Source: Isurus oxyrinchus (lineage: Eukaryota). Taken from it: DNA of 64,000 nt. The stretch spans positions 13,640,001 to 13,704,000 of the forward strand of contig JANJGN010000035.1 of assembly GCA_026770705.1 (NCBI GenBank), written 5' to 3'. Of the stretch, positions 1 through 12,515 are shown piece after piece. The notes below the pieces were generated by a model that was not told the origin of the DNA, did no database searches, and saw only the letters and a program-made list of their open reading frames with translations. Position 1 is the stretch's first letter. The number at the start of each line of letters is the position of its first letter. The position numbers and the translations under genes were made by a program.

Positions 1-1149
1 TGTTATCCAAACAGAACAAAGATTTCCATGCAAATAAATTCACCCTTTTATTTATATTTCCAAATGATGCATCAAGATTGGGAGTCAGCTACACCTAAAC
101 TGACAAAAAAAACAATCAGCGACTAAGCTGATTAAACATTAACCTATTTACCAGTTAGACAACAGCCGAAAGTTCAGTTGAAACAAGAAAATATATAAAT
201 AAATAATCGGTTGTATATTTTAAATAAAAGTCCAATATCTGATAACTTGTCACTGCATTAAGTACATAACCAGTGCTGAATACAACATGGCTCAAATAAA
301 ACTTGACATTTCCGTTCAGAGCTTTCGAGATGGAAGACGCTCATCAACATCTTAAGTTGTCCATGTACATGACGAAGCAATGGGCAATCGAGAGTGCCAT
401 CTGATGCAACTGTCTGACGCTCTTCCACGAGAATGTTCGCAGCCAGGTATCCCTGGAGAGGGATCACGCATTGTATGCTGGCATTGCCGAATCCTTCCAT
501 ACTTGCTGGACACTGCGGGGGTTGGGCTGCTTTATTGACCTTTTTAAACACACTTTGCTTTCACGTTTGTAACTTGCCTTTAAATGTTGTCTTCGTCTTT
601 ACTGTTTCAATTTAAGTGGCTGAGCTTTACGTTGTCCCTTAATTTGAAAACTTAGTTTATATGGTTGACTCAAAACAGTTATACAGAACACAAAAGCTTT
701 CAATAAGTTGTTTTTTCAATGATTCTGAAGGAGAGAACTTGAGCGTTTCTGAAAATAAAGAGACATACTGAATGTTTTCGTCTTGCACTCATCTGGCCAG
801 TTGGTCAACTTGCGAAGTAATCTGATGGGTGCAAGATAAAAAGCTTCAACATGTCTCTTTTTTCAGCCACACTCTGGTGAGAACTTACAATTTAGGACGT
901 GAATTTCAACGTAACCTTTGGGCTGAAAATATTAAACAATCATATAATATCTGAATACTCATGGCGATGCACTTTTAACAATTTGGTGTCCCTTTAACTT
1001 TGAAGTCCACCTTAAAGTGCATGGTATCAGAAAGGCGGTGGTGCCCACGCAGCAGGATTGCACTGGGAGGTAAGGTTGGGCGTCGAGGAATGGACTGTTA
1101 ACTTCATAGTGATTAGAGTGCGCCAACGCCCAACGTGACAATTGGCCCA

Positions 1150-1400
1150 CATTGGAAGTCAACCACATTGATGCGGGCCTGGAATCACATGTAGGCCAAG
1201 CCATTTAAGGACCGCAGATTTTCTTCCCTAAAGGAATTCAGGGGAAAAAATGGGTTTTTATAAACAATCGACAATGGTTTCATGGTCATCATTAGACATT
1301 CCTTTCATTCCAGATTTTTACATAATTCAAATTTCCCCACATGCCAAAGAGAGACCGATCTCTGACATGCCAGTCCAGTGGCAAAAACGTTATTCCAAAT
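1150..1400 (-). mobile_element. tRNA-derived SINE, degraded (paralog at 41985-42330)
   Basis: Reverse complement of the SINE core seen at 9040-9355: agtcaaccacattg...tggaatcacatgtaggcca...gcagattttcttccctaaagga. Confidence 0.8.
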
Positions 1401-1886
1401 CCTCCTGTGATCGACATTCATGGAGGAGATGGAACACAATATGAACTGAATCTCCAAATTCTGGTTGAAGCAGAGACTTCTAAGAATCAGTGATAGAGCA
1501 GAAAACTTGGGCCCAGTGCCTGTTCCCTCAGGTGGGTTTGTGCAAACACTGTAAGTCACTGAGATTGCCCTTCACGGCCAAGTCTCAGTAGTTCGTGTCA
1601 GCTAAGAACATGAATGTGGAGAGAGAGTAGACAATTTCTGGACTGTTTCATCATCAACCCCATATGCCTCTCCACCGTATTGTCAGGTTAGCAATACAAA
1701 TGCATTTCTTAAAATTAAAATGCTTTGATCAAAGTCTACTCATCTTCATTTTTCTGCATCGTGCACCTGGTGATGAATCTGTGGTGGATAGACACATAGT
1801 CTGGTGAAAGAAAACAAATGCATCAATGTTAATTGCTCTTTCTGGGATGTTCGAATTTCGCCAGCCTTCGGCTGAGGCAGAGTACA

Positions 1887-1955
1887 CTCGCCTCCCTTAA
1901 TCCTGATAACCGTCCTGTGCAAGTTAAAGTCTCATTAGTTTACCTGCCCACTGAC
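1887..1955 (+). pseudogene. U2 snRNA 5'-fragment relic (paralog of 47298-47369)
   Basis: ctcgcctcccttaatcctgataaccgtcctgtgcaag...tctcattagttta aligns without gaps to 47298 onward; weak similarity to U2 on its own. Confidence 0.4.
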
Positions 1956-2839
1956 AACACATTGCTAAGGGTAATAGCTGGAACTATTACACTTCGCAAT
2001 GTACTGCCGTCTCCTTTTGCCTCACTGGCTAAAGTCTTCCCCCATCCACTTTTCTTTTCCGCCTGAACTACGGCAACTTTGGACAAAATATCAAGTTGCA
2101 CCTTGTCAATGTACGTTGCCCCCTTCTATTCTCTTGCCATCTCCTTCCCCGTCTCCAGTGAGGCTGCTTGGACACCGAGTTCGGCTTCTCTCACACCAGC
2201 AAGTCGACGGGTTTCACTTGCACGGAGCAGGTTCGTGCAAACTCAATCAAAACATGGAAAGATGGACATGGTGTAATGCGGGGGGGACGTAGCTTCAATG
2301 GCCCCCCGGGGTCGTCAGACTCACACTTCCCTGTCTAGTTGTAGATTGTCACAATATTGTCTTACCCAGCCTTGGCAGCTCTGCTTCCCTTCGTCCTCAG
2401 CAAGAACGTTCACTGCTCACCAGTTCGGTTCTCCCACCAGCCCACGCACAAACATGAACTTCGGAAACAGTCCCTAAACCCCAAGAAATAGGAGAACTTG
2501 ATGGGAAGTGCAAAACACATTTCGCAGCGGTCTCCAAGTTCTGCACATCAGTGCACAAGGGCAGCCACATCTAAAATCACTGCAGCATTTTGCAGCCTCT
2601 CTCCAGATAAACAGTTTGCTGAGCTTTATTTTCATCAAAAGTGTCCAAACTTTTATTTTTCCACATTAGGCTCCACCTGGTAAATTCCTGCCAATCGCAT
2701 AATACAATTCTATCCCTTTGCAGAATTTATTTTTTCCTCCTTACATTTTTTGTTTCCTACCTAACTTTGTATAATCAGAAGATTTAATAAGATGATAGCT
2801 GGTTCTTTCATGCTGGTCATTCAGATAGATCCTAAAGAG

Positions 2840-4170
2840 ATAAATATCTAGCATTGGCAGCCTACCTCTTGTTTCAGCTCAGTACCGGTTAATTACCCAT
2901 TTATTTCGATTTTCTCTTTCCTTAAGGTTGGACTACCCTCAATCCATGTTAAAAAAAGAGTTCTTATGTTCTGCAGTTCCTTTTAGTTGGCAACTTACTG
3001 GAAGTCTTTTTATCAGGCAAATGCACAACATCAGCACATTCTCCTTAATCCAGCCTGTTTGTTATATCATCAAAGCACTCTAATTATCTTCACAAACACG
3101 ATTTTCCCTTCACCAAGCCATGTTGGCTCCTCCAGGTTGTAAAATAATTTTTGTATATGCCCGGCTAGTATATCCATTATAATGTTTCCTAGAATTTCTC
3201 AATGACAGCTATTTGACTAACTGTCATTTTGTTCCATGCTTTCAGCCTCATTTTTGTCTTCAATAGTGGCATTATTTTTTGTGGCTTTTCAAATCCCTCG
3301 GATATTTGTAAAAGTTAGTTGATTCTGGAACTTTGAAACATATTTAACCACTGCCTCAGCAGCAACTCATCCAAAGACCCCAGAATACAAACTATCAGTT
3401 CCAGTGACGCTGCCAGCCATAATTCCCATAAGTTTACCTAGTATTATTTCCTCCTAGTATTATGATATATTTAAACTCCTCTCTCCCTGTTTCTCCCTGC
3501 TTCCTTGTTTCTCTTGGGGTGATTTGTGCGTCCTCTTCCGTGAAAGCAGAAACGAAATAACGTCTCAAACCCTCTGCCAATCTCTGTTATTAACGCTGCA
3601 GTCTGACTCTCTGTAGGGCCAGCGCTCACAATCGCTGCTTTTTTCCTTTCATACACAGTTACAGAAGCTTTCACTGCCTGTTTCATAATAGTATTAGTTG
3701 TTCTCTTCCCCTCATTTTAAATGGTTGCCAATTGCCATGATGAGTGCAAGACAAAAAGGTTCGACATGTCTAATTTTTAATCAATGCTAATATTCCATAT
3801 TTCTCACAGTTTTGTTTTTATCTCGTAACCTAATTTCTACTCGGTCATTTGTCTCCTTTCCTGCTTACCTTTCCAAACCTCTGGCATAAAACTGGACCTT
3901 GCAGCATCTTACATCTATTTTGAATTACAATGAGATGCCGTCAATAATGTCCTGCCTTAAGCATGGAGGCGAATCCCTCTCGAAGAGCCTTTCTTCCTCA
4001 GTGCAACATATTCTTGCTGACATTTGTGATATAACTACCTAAATCGTGGCCATTTCTTCTCTGATGCCTACATGTTGACTATAGTTACTTTGGATAACTG
4101 TCTTTCCATGAAGTAGTAATCGCCTTCGCTTACCTTTATGGCCCTAATTCAAGACCAACTTTCACAACAC
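2840..4170 (-). mobile_element. Old CR1-clade LINE ORF2 fragment (paralog ~47880-49350)
   Basis: cacaaacacgattttcccttcaccaagccatgttggct at 3091 reads SQHGLVKGKSCL on the minus strand (CR1 RT SQHGFxKGKSC motif); many stops and frameshifts. Confidence 0.85.
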
Positions 4171-5225
4171 GTGTTTTTCTACTGGGAAACTGAAGGGTGT
4201 AACAGGGATAACTAGCCCTCCACATATCCTAACTAAAACATAAAAATAAAACTGCATTGGGGCTGAGCATTGTTCTCTGCAGAAAGACAATAACAAGAGT
4301 TCAAAGGTTTCTCATCAATCTGCTGCTGACAGTAGACTGCGGTTTTCATGTTGCTGTTTGCTGCTCATAACAAATACCCATATACCTTCTTGAGGAATAA
4401 CATTGAAAATGCACCTGTACAGCTATATCTTTGTATACAATGCGCATGACCGCAAGAGAGATCCTTTGTTCATCAGTTGCATCCTGTTTTCACATTCGCC
4501 ACTTTACCTATGACATATCAATTAGGCCATTTTGGTTTAGATGCTAATCGGCAATGCGTGTGTGAGAAACCCACATCTGCAAAAACAAAAAGGTACCTGG
4601 GTTAGACCTGTGCATTGCAATACTTTCTGCACGTAGTCAAAAGCAACAATAACCACATATAGTTATTTTAGAAAACTTCACATATTTCATTCCAGGGAGT
4701 GAAGATGAGAACAGGTTATTAGGTAATGAACAACACCCCCCAACACCAAACCCCACCCCCGCACTCCCCCCACCATCCTCACCCTCTCTCCCTCACATTC
4801 ATGAAATTATTTGCCATCAATATCCAGATTGCAAAGTCCGCAGTTCAAAGATAGCAGCCAGTTGAGGTTAACCCAAGAAACAAACAGCACAGAAGTAGAC
4901 TTTTTGATCCGTTGATTCAGTACCCACTTTAATATCACAGTTTGTTTTAAATTCATGGCAAGAAATGAACGCACCTTTGCAGTATCTGCGTCGGGATACT
5001 GATCATTCGAACTCTGCCATTAGTTGCCAGGCATTCGACCAGTCGGGGGATGAATTATCCGCGCAAATATATTTACAGACACTGAAGAATCAGCTTCTCC
5101 TCTAGATCATTATGTGTCCAGATACATAGTCAGTTATAACGTAATCTTCACAGTTCATTTTGCCGCCACGGATTCTAGAACAGGCTTTTGAAGAACAGGT
5201 TTAGAGCTTGTGTTTACATAGGATT

Positions 5226-5302
5226 CGTAGTCCTGGCAACAATTGGCCACGAGGTTTGTTCTTTGGTCACGAATGTAATAATTCAAACCCACCATTTTGC
5301 CA
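5226..5302 (+). pseudogene. tRNA-like relic, isotype unassignable (paralog ~50388-50464)
   Basis: A-box-like tggcaacaattgg and B-box-like attcaaaccc at tRNA spacing in both copies; no reliable cloverleaf. Confidence 0.25.
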
Positions 5303-5318
5303 AGCTTCTGCAGGGATA

Positions 5319-5392
5319 AGTGCACTGGTTAGTAACCAATTGCCCTCCATTCATAATCTCCAGGAAGGAATTTCAACACCCACCCCACCAGA
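5319..5392 (+). pseudogene. tRNA-Met(CAT)-like relic (paralog of 50481-50555)
   Basis: Shares ttagtaa...ttcataatct with the 50481 copy; very degraded. Confidence 0.3.
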
Positions 5393-5399
5393 CGCCTGG

Positions 5400-5665
5400 T
5401 TGGAGACTTCGATTTCTGCTTGTACAAAGTTATGGAAAATAAATAGCTTTTTCTTGGATAAAGGTAATGCAGGCGCAAGGCAGCTCTGAGGTACATTCAG
5501 AAGCAAAGTTTTTTCGAAGCTTCATTAGGACTGTTGATCGACTCACTGGTATGCAATTACCTTCTTTATCCCGACACCACTCCATGAATAATGGTTCTGC
5601 AAATGCAACCCTCCAGTCGTCTGGCACCAGAAAAGGTTTGGGAATCAGTGTCAGCGCCCCTACAA
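5400..5665 (-). mobile_element. CR1 LINE RT N-terminal fragment
   Basis: ORF 5430..5627 PDDWRVAFAEPLF..CRDKEGNCIPVS is a decayed CR1 PxDWRxANVTPLFKKG..GNYRPVS motif. Confidence 0.9.
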
Positions 5666-5670
5666 TAAGA

Positions 5671-7690
5671 ATATAAGAACAAAAAAAATGGGAGCAGGAG
5701 TTCCCAATTCAGCCCCTTGAACAAGACCCGCCATTCAATACAATCATGGCTGATCTCAGTTCGGCCGCAATTCTAATTTCCCGCCATCACCCCACAACTT
5801 TTCTATGGGTTACTATTTTAAAATCTGCCTATCTCTTCCTTAAGTTTATTCAGCATCCTGGCATCCACTCCAGTCTTGAGATACTGAATTCCACAGGTTC
5901 ACGACCTTTGAGAAAAGTAATTCCTTCTCATCGCTGACATAAACCTAGCACCCCTCAGTCAAAAACTGGGTCTTTTTGTTCAGGAATTCCCCTGAAGGGG
6001 AAACAGCTGATCCACGTCTACTGTGCCTACCATCTTCACCATCATACGCGCCTCAATTAGATAGCTGCTCATCCTTATAAACTCCAGGGAAGCTAGGCCT
6101 AAACTGCTCAATCTCTTTTCATAAGACAAGACCCGCACCTGTGGAATCAACCTGGTTAGCTTCCTCTGAATCACCTACAATCCAACTACATTGTTCCTCA
6201 AGTACGTAGAACAAAAGTGTGCACGATGCCTCAGGTGCATTTTCGCCAATGCGTTGTATAGTTGAAACAACACTGCTTTATATTTATGCTTATTCATTAA
6301 GCAATGAATGCCAAAATTTAATTTGCCTTCCTTATTACATGCTGCACCTGTTGCGAACTTTCAGCAATTCAAGCACAAGGATACCCAGTTCCGTCTGCAC
6401 TGAATTATTCTGAAGTTTCAATGCATTTAAATAATAAGTCGCCTTTTCAATCTTCCTAACAAAATGGAGAACCTCACACTTATTCACATTAAACCGCATC
6501 TGCCAAATTGTAGCCCATTCAGCCAAACTGTCCATATCCATTTGTAAATTTCTTGCTTCTTCATTGAAACCTACTTTCCAAACTATTTTTGTGTCACCTG
6601 GAAACTTAGGTATGTTAATTTCTATCGCTGAATCCAAATCATTAATATAGAGTGAAAATAGTTGGGCCACAAGGAGAAAAACCTTGGCAGCCCATCTGTT
6701 CCAGCTTGCCATCCAGAAAAATACCGACTTATCTTGGCTTTCTGCTTTCTGTTGATTAGCCAATCCTCTATCCACTCGAATATATTAGCCCAAATTATGT
6801 GTAATTTAATATTGTGTATTAACGATTAATGTGGCACCCTATTAAAGACCTTCTGCAAGTCAAGATATACTACATCTACAGGATCCCCAATATCTGATTT
6901 GCTTGTCACTTCTTCAAAGAACTGTAGCAAATTATTCAAACAGGAATTAATCTTCATAAAACCATACTGACTCTAAAGGATTGCATTTTGACTTTCCAAA
7001 TGCCCCATCACTACTCCCTGAATAATGGATTCCAACAATTTCCCTACAGATGTTAAGGTAATTGGTCTATAGCTTCCTGCATTCTGTTTACCCAATTTTT
7101 GAATGAGCACGTTATTTTAGGTTTTTTTTTCATTCCACAAGAAGCTTTTCAGAATCCGCTTTTTTTTGGAAAATTATACCTAATGCTTTCACGATTTCCA
7201 CTGCCACATCCTTTAAGACCCTGGGATGTAGGCCATCAGTTATTACGGACCGTTCAGATTTTAATTCCAATAGTTGGCTCAGTACATTTTTGTAGTGAAT
7301 GTTTTTGTTCTACGTTCCTCCTTCTCTATTTCCTGTTACTGCTTTTTCTATTTGTTGGTTCTGAAGTCCTCCACCGTGAAAACTAATGCAAAATACTGAT
7401 TCAGCGTCTCTGCCATTTCTGTGTTCCCCAATATTTACTCCCCAGGCTTATACTCCAAGGGAACAACATTCACTTTAGCTACTGTTTCATTTTTTTATAC
7501 TTGTAGAAGCTGTTGCTATCAGTTTTACAATTTGCACATATTTTCTTTCATAAATTACCTTTGCTCTTTTAATTTATTTTAGCTACTCTTTGTTGATCTT
7601 TAAGCAGCCTGGAACTGAACTTTGCAATTTGGTATACCTTCGTTTTGCCATTATGTTACCTTTAATATCCTTGCTTCACTGTGGATGTCT
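5671..7690 (-). mobile_element. CR1 LINE (RT domain + 3' UTR), apparently nested in an older CR1
   Basis: 3' tail ataagaac..aaatgggagcaggag at 5671; ORFs LFSLYINDLD..IPKFPGDTKI..WQMRFNVNKCEVLHF (6335..6775) and IQRKLTRLIP..LSYEKRLSSLGL (5980..6174). Confidence 0.93.
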
Positions 7691-7719
7691 TTTTCCTCCT
7701 CCTTTCTTTCTTTGCCATG

Positions 7720-8740
7720 TCCTTGACATTCATGCTTCCCTGGATATGTTCGTCCTTCCCTTCAGCTTTACGGGATCTTGTTAGCCCTGAAGTCTCACTA
7801 TGTCCTGTTGAATAAGGCTCCCACAGGTCTTACGTAGTGTTTCCCACAAGATGCTACTTGCTGTCCACTTTGGCCAGATCATTTCTTATCATAATGGAAA
7901 CGGCCTTGCCACAATTCAGGGCCTTTACCTCTGGTCCCTCTTTGTATTTTTTTTTCCATAATTACTTGAAATCTTACAGAGATATGGTCACTATATCCGA
8001 AAGGCTCCCCTAAGGACACTTCTATTACTTTCCTGGTTTCATTCCCAAGTTTAGGTAGAGCACCAATCCTTCTCTTGTAGGACTCTCTACGTGTTGGGTC
8101 AAAAAACTCTCCTGGATACACTCTACTAATTCTGCACTCACTAAGCTTTTCACACTACGACAATCCCAATTAATATTGGGGAAGTGGACATCGCCTTCTA
8201 CTTTTAAAAAATTATTTATGTTCTTCTCTGAGATTTGCCTACATACCTGCTCCTCTATCTGAAACTGACTGTTTCGAGGTCTATAGGCCATTCCGAGGAA
8301 AGTGATTGGCCCTTTTTTGTTTTAAAGTTGTACTCATATTGCCTCAGTTGAAGAACCTGTAAAATTCCCATGCCTCTTTTCTACAATAATTGACTCCTTG
8401 GTCAATAATGAAATGCCAAATATTCTTTTACAATCCCACCTCCACCCTTCATGTCTGAAGATTCTATGCACTGGAATATTGAACTGTCTGTCCTACACTT
8501 TCCTCGAGCATTTTTATGTGATAACAAAAATATTATATTACCAAATGTTAATCAATGCGGTCAATTTAACTACTTTACATGTAAGTCTCCTGGCATTAAA
8601 GTAGATAAAATGCAGCTTTGCATTATTCTCTTGTGCTTTAACATTTGCTCTTCCGTCCAGTATGACTTTTTTTCTCTGCTATATTGGCTGTGCATCAAAC
8701 CCAAAGGAACCTCTCCTCTGAATCCCATTGCCCTGCAAAA
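7720..8740 (-). mobile_element. CR1 LINE endonuclease-domain fragment
   Basis: ORFs YRPRNS..GDVHFPNINWD..FLTQHVESPTREG (8025..8291) and GEPFGYSDH (7879..8121) are APE-type EN motifs YRPP, GDFN, SDH. Paralog 50760-51110 reads VITEIWL. Confidence 0.92.
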
Positions 8741-9039
8741 CCCGCAAGAAGCAAATGAACTAAATTAACAAAACCAAGGACATATTAAAAGGCATCCCAG
8801 TGAGAAAAAAACTGCAGAACTGTCGATGAACTGGGCAATCCAAACGTTCAGCGATCAGAGTGAGTCTGCGCAGTGGAATTCCCCACGGATTAACCCTCCA
8901 CCCCGACACGACCAATCCCATGTAGCCAGCGAAAATATAACTTGTCCACCCCTGCACCCTTCGCCAAACAACCCCCACCTCACCCACCCCCCCCCCCCCC
9001 TCGCCCCCACGCCCAGCACACCCCAACACAGATGGCAGG

Positions 9040-9355
9040 TTGATATCTCCCCTGACTAATATCACAGTGTAATGCCTTGGGGACAGGAATACCAAGACAG
9101 ATATTGAAATTTAAATTCAAATCCTGATGATCACCATGAAAAAGCTGCCCATTTTCAAATAAAACCCATTTAGTTTCCTGATCCCCTTTAGGGAAGGAAA
9201 TTTGAATTTCTTTCCTAGTCTCGTCTACATGTGACTCCAGGCCCACTGAAGTGTGTTAGACTCTTATGTGTCCAATGTACAAGGGGCAAATTGGATTCGG
9301 CAATAAATGCTGACCTGGGCAGCGATGCCGAAATCCCATGCGCAAATTTAAAAAG
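9040..9355 (+). mobile_element. tRNA-derived SINE sharing its 3' tail with the LINE at 11615-12515 (paralog 51310-51610)
   Basis: Core ctttagggaaggaaa...ctacatgtgactccag and tail ggcaataaatgctgacctgggcagcgatgccgaaatcccatg recur in several copies in the window. Confidence 0.85.
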
Positions 9356-9639
9356 AACATGGGTGTTCAGAAAAATCCTGTAAAATTTACCACTTTTCTA
9401 ACTAAATATCATTTGGATCTTAACTACAGAACATTATAATTTAATATTCTAACAGATTGCATTCATTGAATTCAAGATTGTTTAAACCATTTTTAAAGTG
9501 ATATTTATTCGGGCTTTTTTGGAAATTTTTGTTTTACCTTGTGCTTGGATCCGATGGAAATGATCCAGAATTCAGGCCAATGTGGAGTCACTGGCTGCAC
9601 CATAATGCACACAATAGGGCGTGAACGTAAGCTGAATTT

Positions 9640-9770
9640 ATATGAAGAAACCAAAGTTCTGTGGAAGCTGCACATCTGAAATAAAAAAATAAAATACTGG
9701 AAATACTCAGCAGGTCTAACAGCATCACTGGAGAGAGAAGGAGACTTAAGATTCCGAGTCTCACCATAAT
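9640..9770 (-). mobile_element. Penelope-like 3'-end fragment
   Basis: atctgaaataaaaaaataaaatactggaaatactcagcaggtctaacagcatc resembles the 13374 and 42630 elements. Confidence 0.7.
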
Positions 9771-10179
9771 TCTATTTTTATCTCCATTCATTTATATGGA
9801 AAAGTGTTCTCCAATTTTAGTGTGGGGTTCAAATTCTGGCCTTGTAGTTTAAACAGAAGTGCTGCTAAATCTCATCAGGTTTGACAATATTTGTGCACAG
9901 AGAAACAACGTAAATTCGGAGGGGTTGAGGTGGGATAATTATAATTTCCCCACTCAAATTCCAGGTCACATTCGTTGCAATATTTCCCTCCAATATCAGT
10001 TGTTCTCCGCTGTATTAAATTTACAGGTGACCTCAAGAGAGGATATAGCAATTATGCTCACAAATTGAGATTTTGGGCATAAAACAAAACCCTGTATTAA
10101 AGCAGGCCAGTCTGCCTAGCGAGGCTACATAAGTAGAGAGGACGGAACAGGACCACTAATCAGTCGCATATTTCCATTA

Positions 10180-10860
10180 ATTGCCCCCAGCCCAAACACC
10201 AGCACAATACCAAGGAATGCCTGGCCCAGTCTACCCCAACCCACCTCCACCTCCGTGCGCACACAAAACAAAACAACCTACAAATGCACCGCAAAGTCAA
10301 CTTCCTAACCCCCACCAATTTTTCAAAGTTTTTCCAAACCAGTCCACCCTTATAAATTGCCTTTCCAACCATCTAACAGCCACCCACCCACTCCACACCC
10401 AAAGACTCCTACCAACCAGCCCCGCCCACCAGCAAACCCCAGACACACAAACCTCCGAATCCCCAACCCAACAACGGCCCCTCAATTACTTCACCACGAT
10501 ACCCCCCTCCATATCATTCCAACCCACTAAAGCAACATGACCTGCTTACACGAACCCCGGTATCCCTCCCCCAACCTCTCCAACAAATCCCCACCCTCCC
10601 TGCCCTACCCCGAAACCTCCTTCCTACTTAACACCCGCAGTCAAAAAAACATTCCCATCTGCATCACGCCCACCTCCTTCTCCCAGGTCAGGAACAGCAC
10701 CACCTCACCCGCCCGATCTCCGAGCCCCTCATTCCTACAACCCCTAATCCACCAATAGCCCCTCACAGACTCTACACCCAACCGCTCTGCCCTTTCACCC
10801 CCAAACAACAACAACCACACAACTACCCCACCCCCACCACCTCCACCATGCAACATTGTC
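10180..10860. repeat. C/A-rich low-complexity tract (paralog 52700-53330)
   Basis: Strong C/A strand skew; gives spurious Pro/Thr/His-rich ORFs. Confidence 0.85.
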
Positions 10861-10899
10861 CAACTCGAACACGGTCGAACTCACAATGTGAACCGGGAG

Positions 10900-11030
10900 A
10901 CAAACAAAAGAATGAAAATGATGCTGATGCTGCAGATCTGAGAAACAGAACATAACATGTTGGAGAAATGCATCTGTGGAGGAGCGAAAGAGTTGGCTTT
11001 TCGAGTCTGTTTGAACCTTGTTCGAGATTT
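10900..11030 (-). mobile_element. Penelope-like 3'-end fragment (paralog ~53335-53470)
   Basis: gatgctgcagatctgagaaacagaa...gcatctgtggagg...tttcgagtc motif. Confidence 0.7.
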
Positions 11031-11614
11031 CACAGTGTACTCATCAGTCATCTGTCCAATCCAGGCTGTATTGGTGGGCCTTCTACTAAACAGCCAATTT
11101 CTTTCAGTGAGATGGAGACATTATTGCTGAGTTTTTGTGTTTACTTCTGGTTGTGGAAAGACCTGTCCATTCAACATCGCACCTTGCATGTCCTGCCAGT
11201 GACCCGAACACCTGCTGTGTGCATACAGGGACTCTATTTGGTATATTTTACTGAAAGGTACATTTTGTCTCAAAGTTAGTTGCTAGCTTGAATCTGTTAA
11301 AAACAGGTGATTAAATGTTGGAGCACCTCCTCTGATTGCTGAACGTGTTCAACCTGAAATATGCAATCGAGATCATGCCACCAAATGTAATCCAACTTTG
11401 ATCCTGTGTGTGTTTGTTGCTCAGTATTTTCTGTGCTGAACGTCCACACTGGGACTCCAAGCTGTGCCTCAATACTCGAGCAGCTGGTATAGACTGAATG
11501 CCAGGGAATGGCCTCAGATACTGTTTTCGTATAAAATGCACTACCGGAATATTTCCTCCCCATGCGAGGATGCGTATTAGGCGCAACAACAGTTAGTTCG
11601 GTAAGTGAACTGTT

Positions 11615-12515
11615 AGGTGTACTTTAACATATTCACATGAGAGAAGCAGTCCAGGATCAAATGTAGCAAGGCCTGGACATTACCCATGGTTGTGCTAACA
11701 ACTGGCAAATAACATTCAAGCCACACAAGTTTCCGGCGATGACCATCTGCAACATGAGAGAGTCCAACCAACGCCCCTTTACATTGCATTGCATGACTAT
11801 ATCGGAATACCCCACCATCAACATCCATAGTGTTACAATTGACCACAAAATCAACTCGATTCGTCATATAAATAGTGTGTTACAAGAGCAATTTGTGGTG
11901 TGTAACAAATAGTGTGTTACAAGAGCTACTAGTCTAGACGTCCTGCAGCAAATAACTCACCTCCTAACTCCCTAAAGCCTGTTCCCCATCTACAATTTGC
12001 GTTATGGAATCCTCCTCAGTGGCCTGAATGAGAGCAGCTCACACAGCTATCAAGACGTTTGACACATCCCACGTAAAATCAGTCCTTTTAAAAGTAACCC
12101 CACCCATAAACCATTACTCCCTTCACCACCGAGACACAGTAACAACATTGTACACCATCTGGAACAGGTACAAAAGAAATTCACTAAAGCTCCTTAGGCA
12201 GCAACCTCGAAGTCCAATACGACTACCACATATAAGAACAGAGGCAGCAGATAGATGGGAAAGCCACCACCTGGAAACCCCCCTCCAAGTCACTCATCAT
12301 CTTGACTTGGAAATATATCAGACATTGCACAACTGTAGCTGGGTCAAAATCCCTAAAATACTTCCCTAAGAGCAGTGTGGGTGTTTTTGTATACCGCATG
12401 GGCTGCAGCGGTTCAAGAAGGCAGGTCACCACCACCTTCTCAAGGGGCAATATGTGATGGCCAATTGATGCTGGCACAGCCTGCGAAGCCCACATCCCAT
12501 GAATGAATTAAATTA
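11615..12515 (+). mobile_element. CR1/L2-group LINE 3' end (second family)
   Basis: Decayed RT C-terminus (tggcaaataacattcaagccacacaag = WQITFKPHK) and 3' UTR ggctgcagcggttcaagaaggcag..gcccacatcccatgaatgaat. The same tail occurs at 16250-16640(-), 27940-28090, 36105-36420(-), 44700-45030 and 62420-62550. Confidence 0.85.

Noticed and set aside
2283-2305. ggggacgtagcttcaatgg as a tRNA-Ala 5' end
   Set aside because: Match stops after ~20 nt and is not kept in the paralog.
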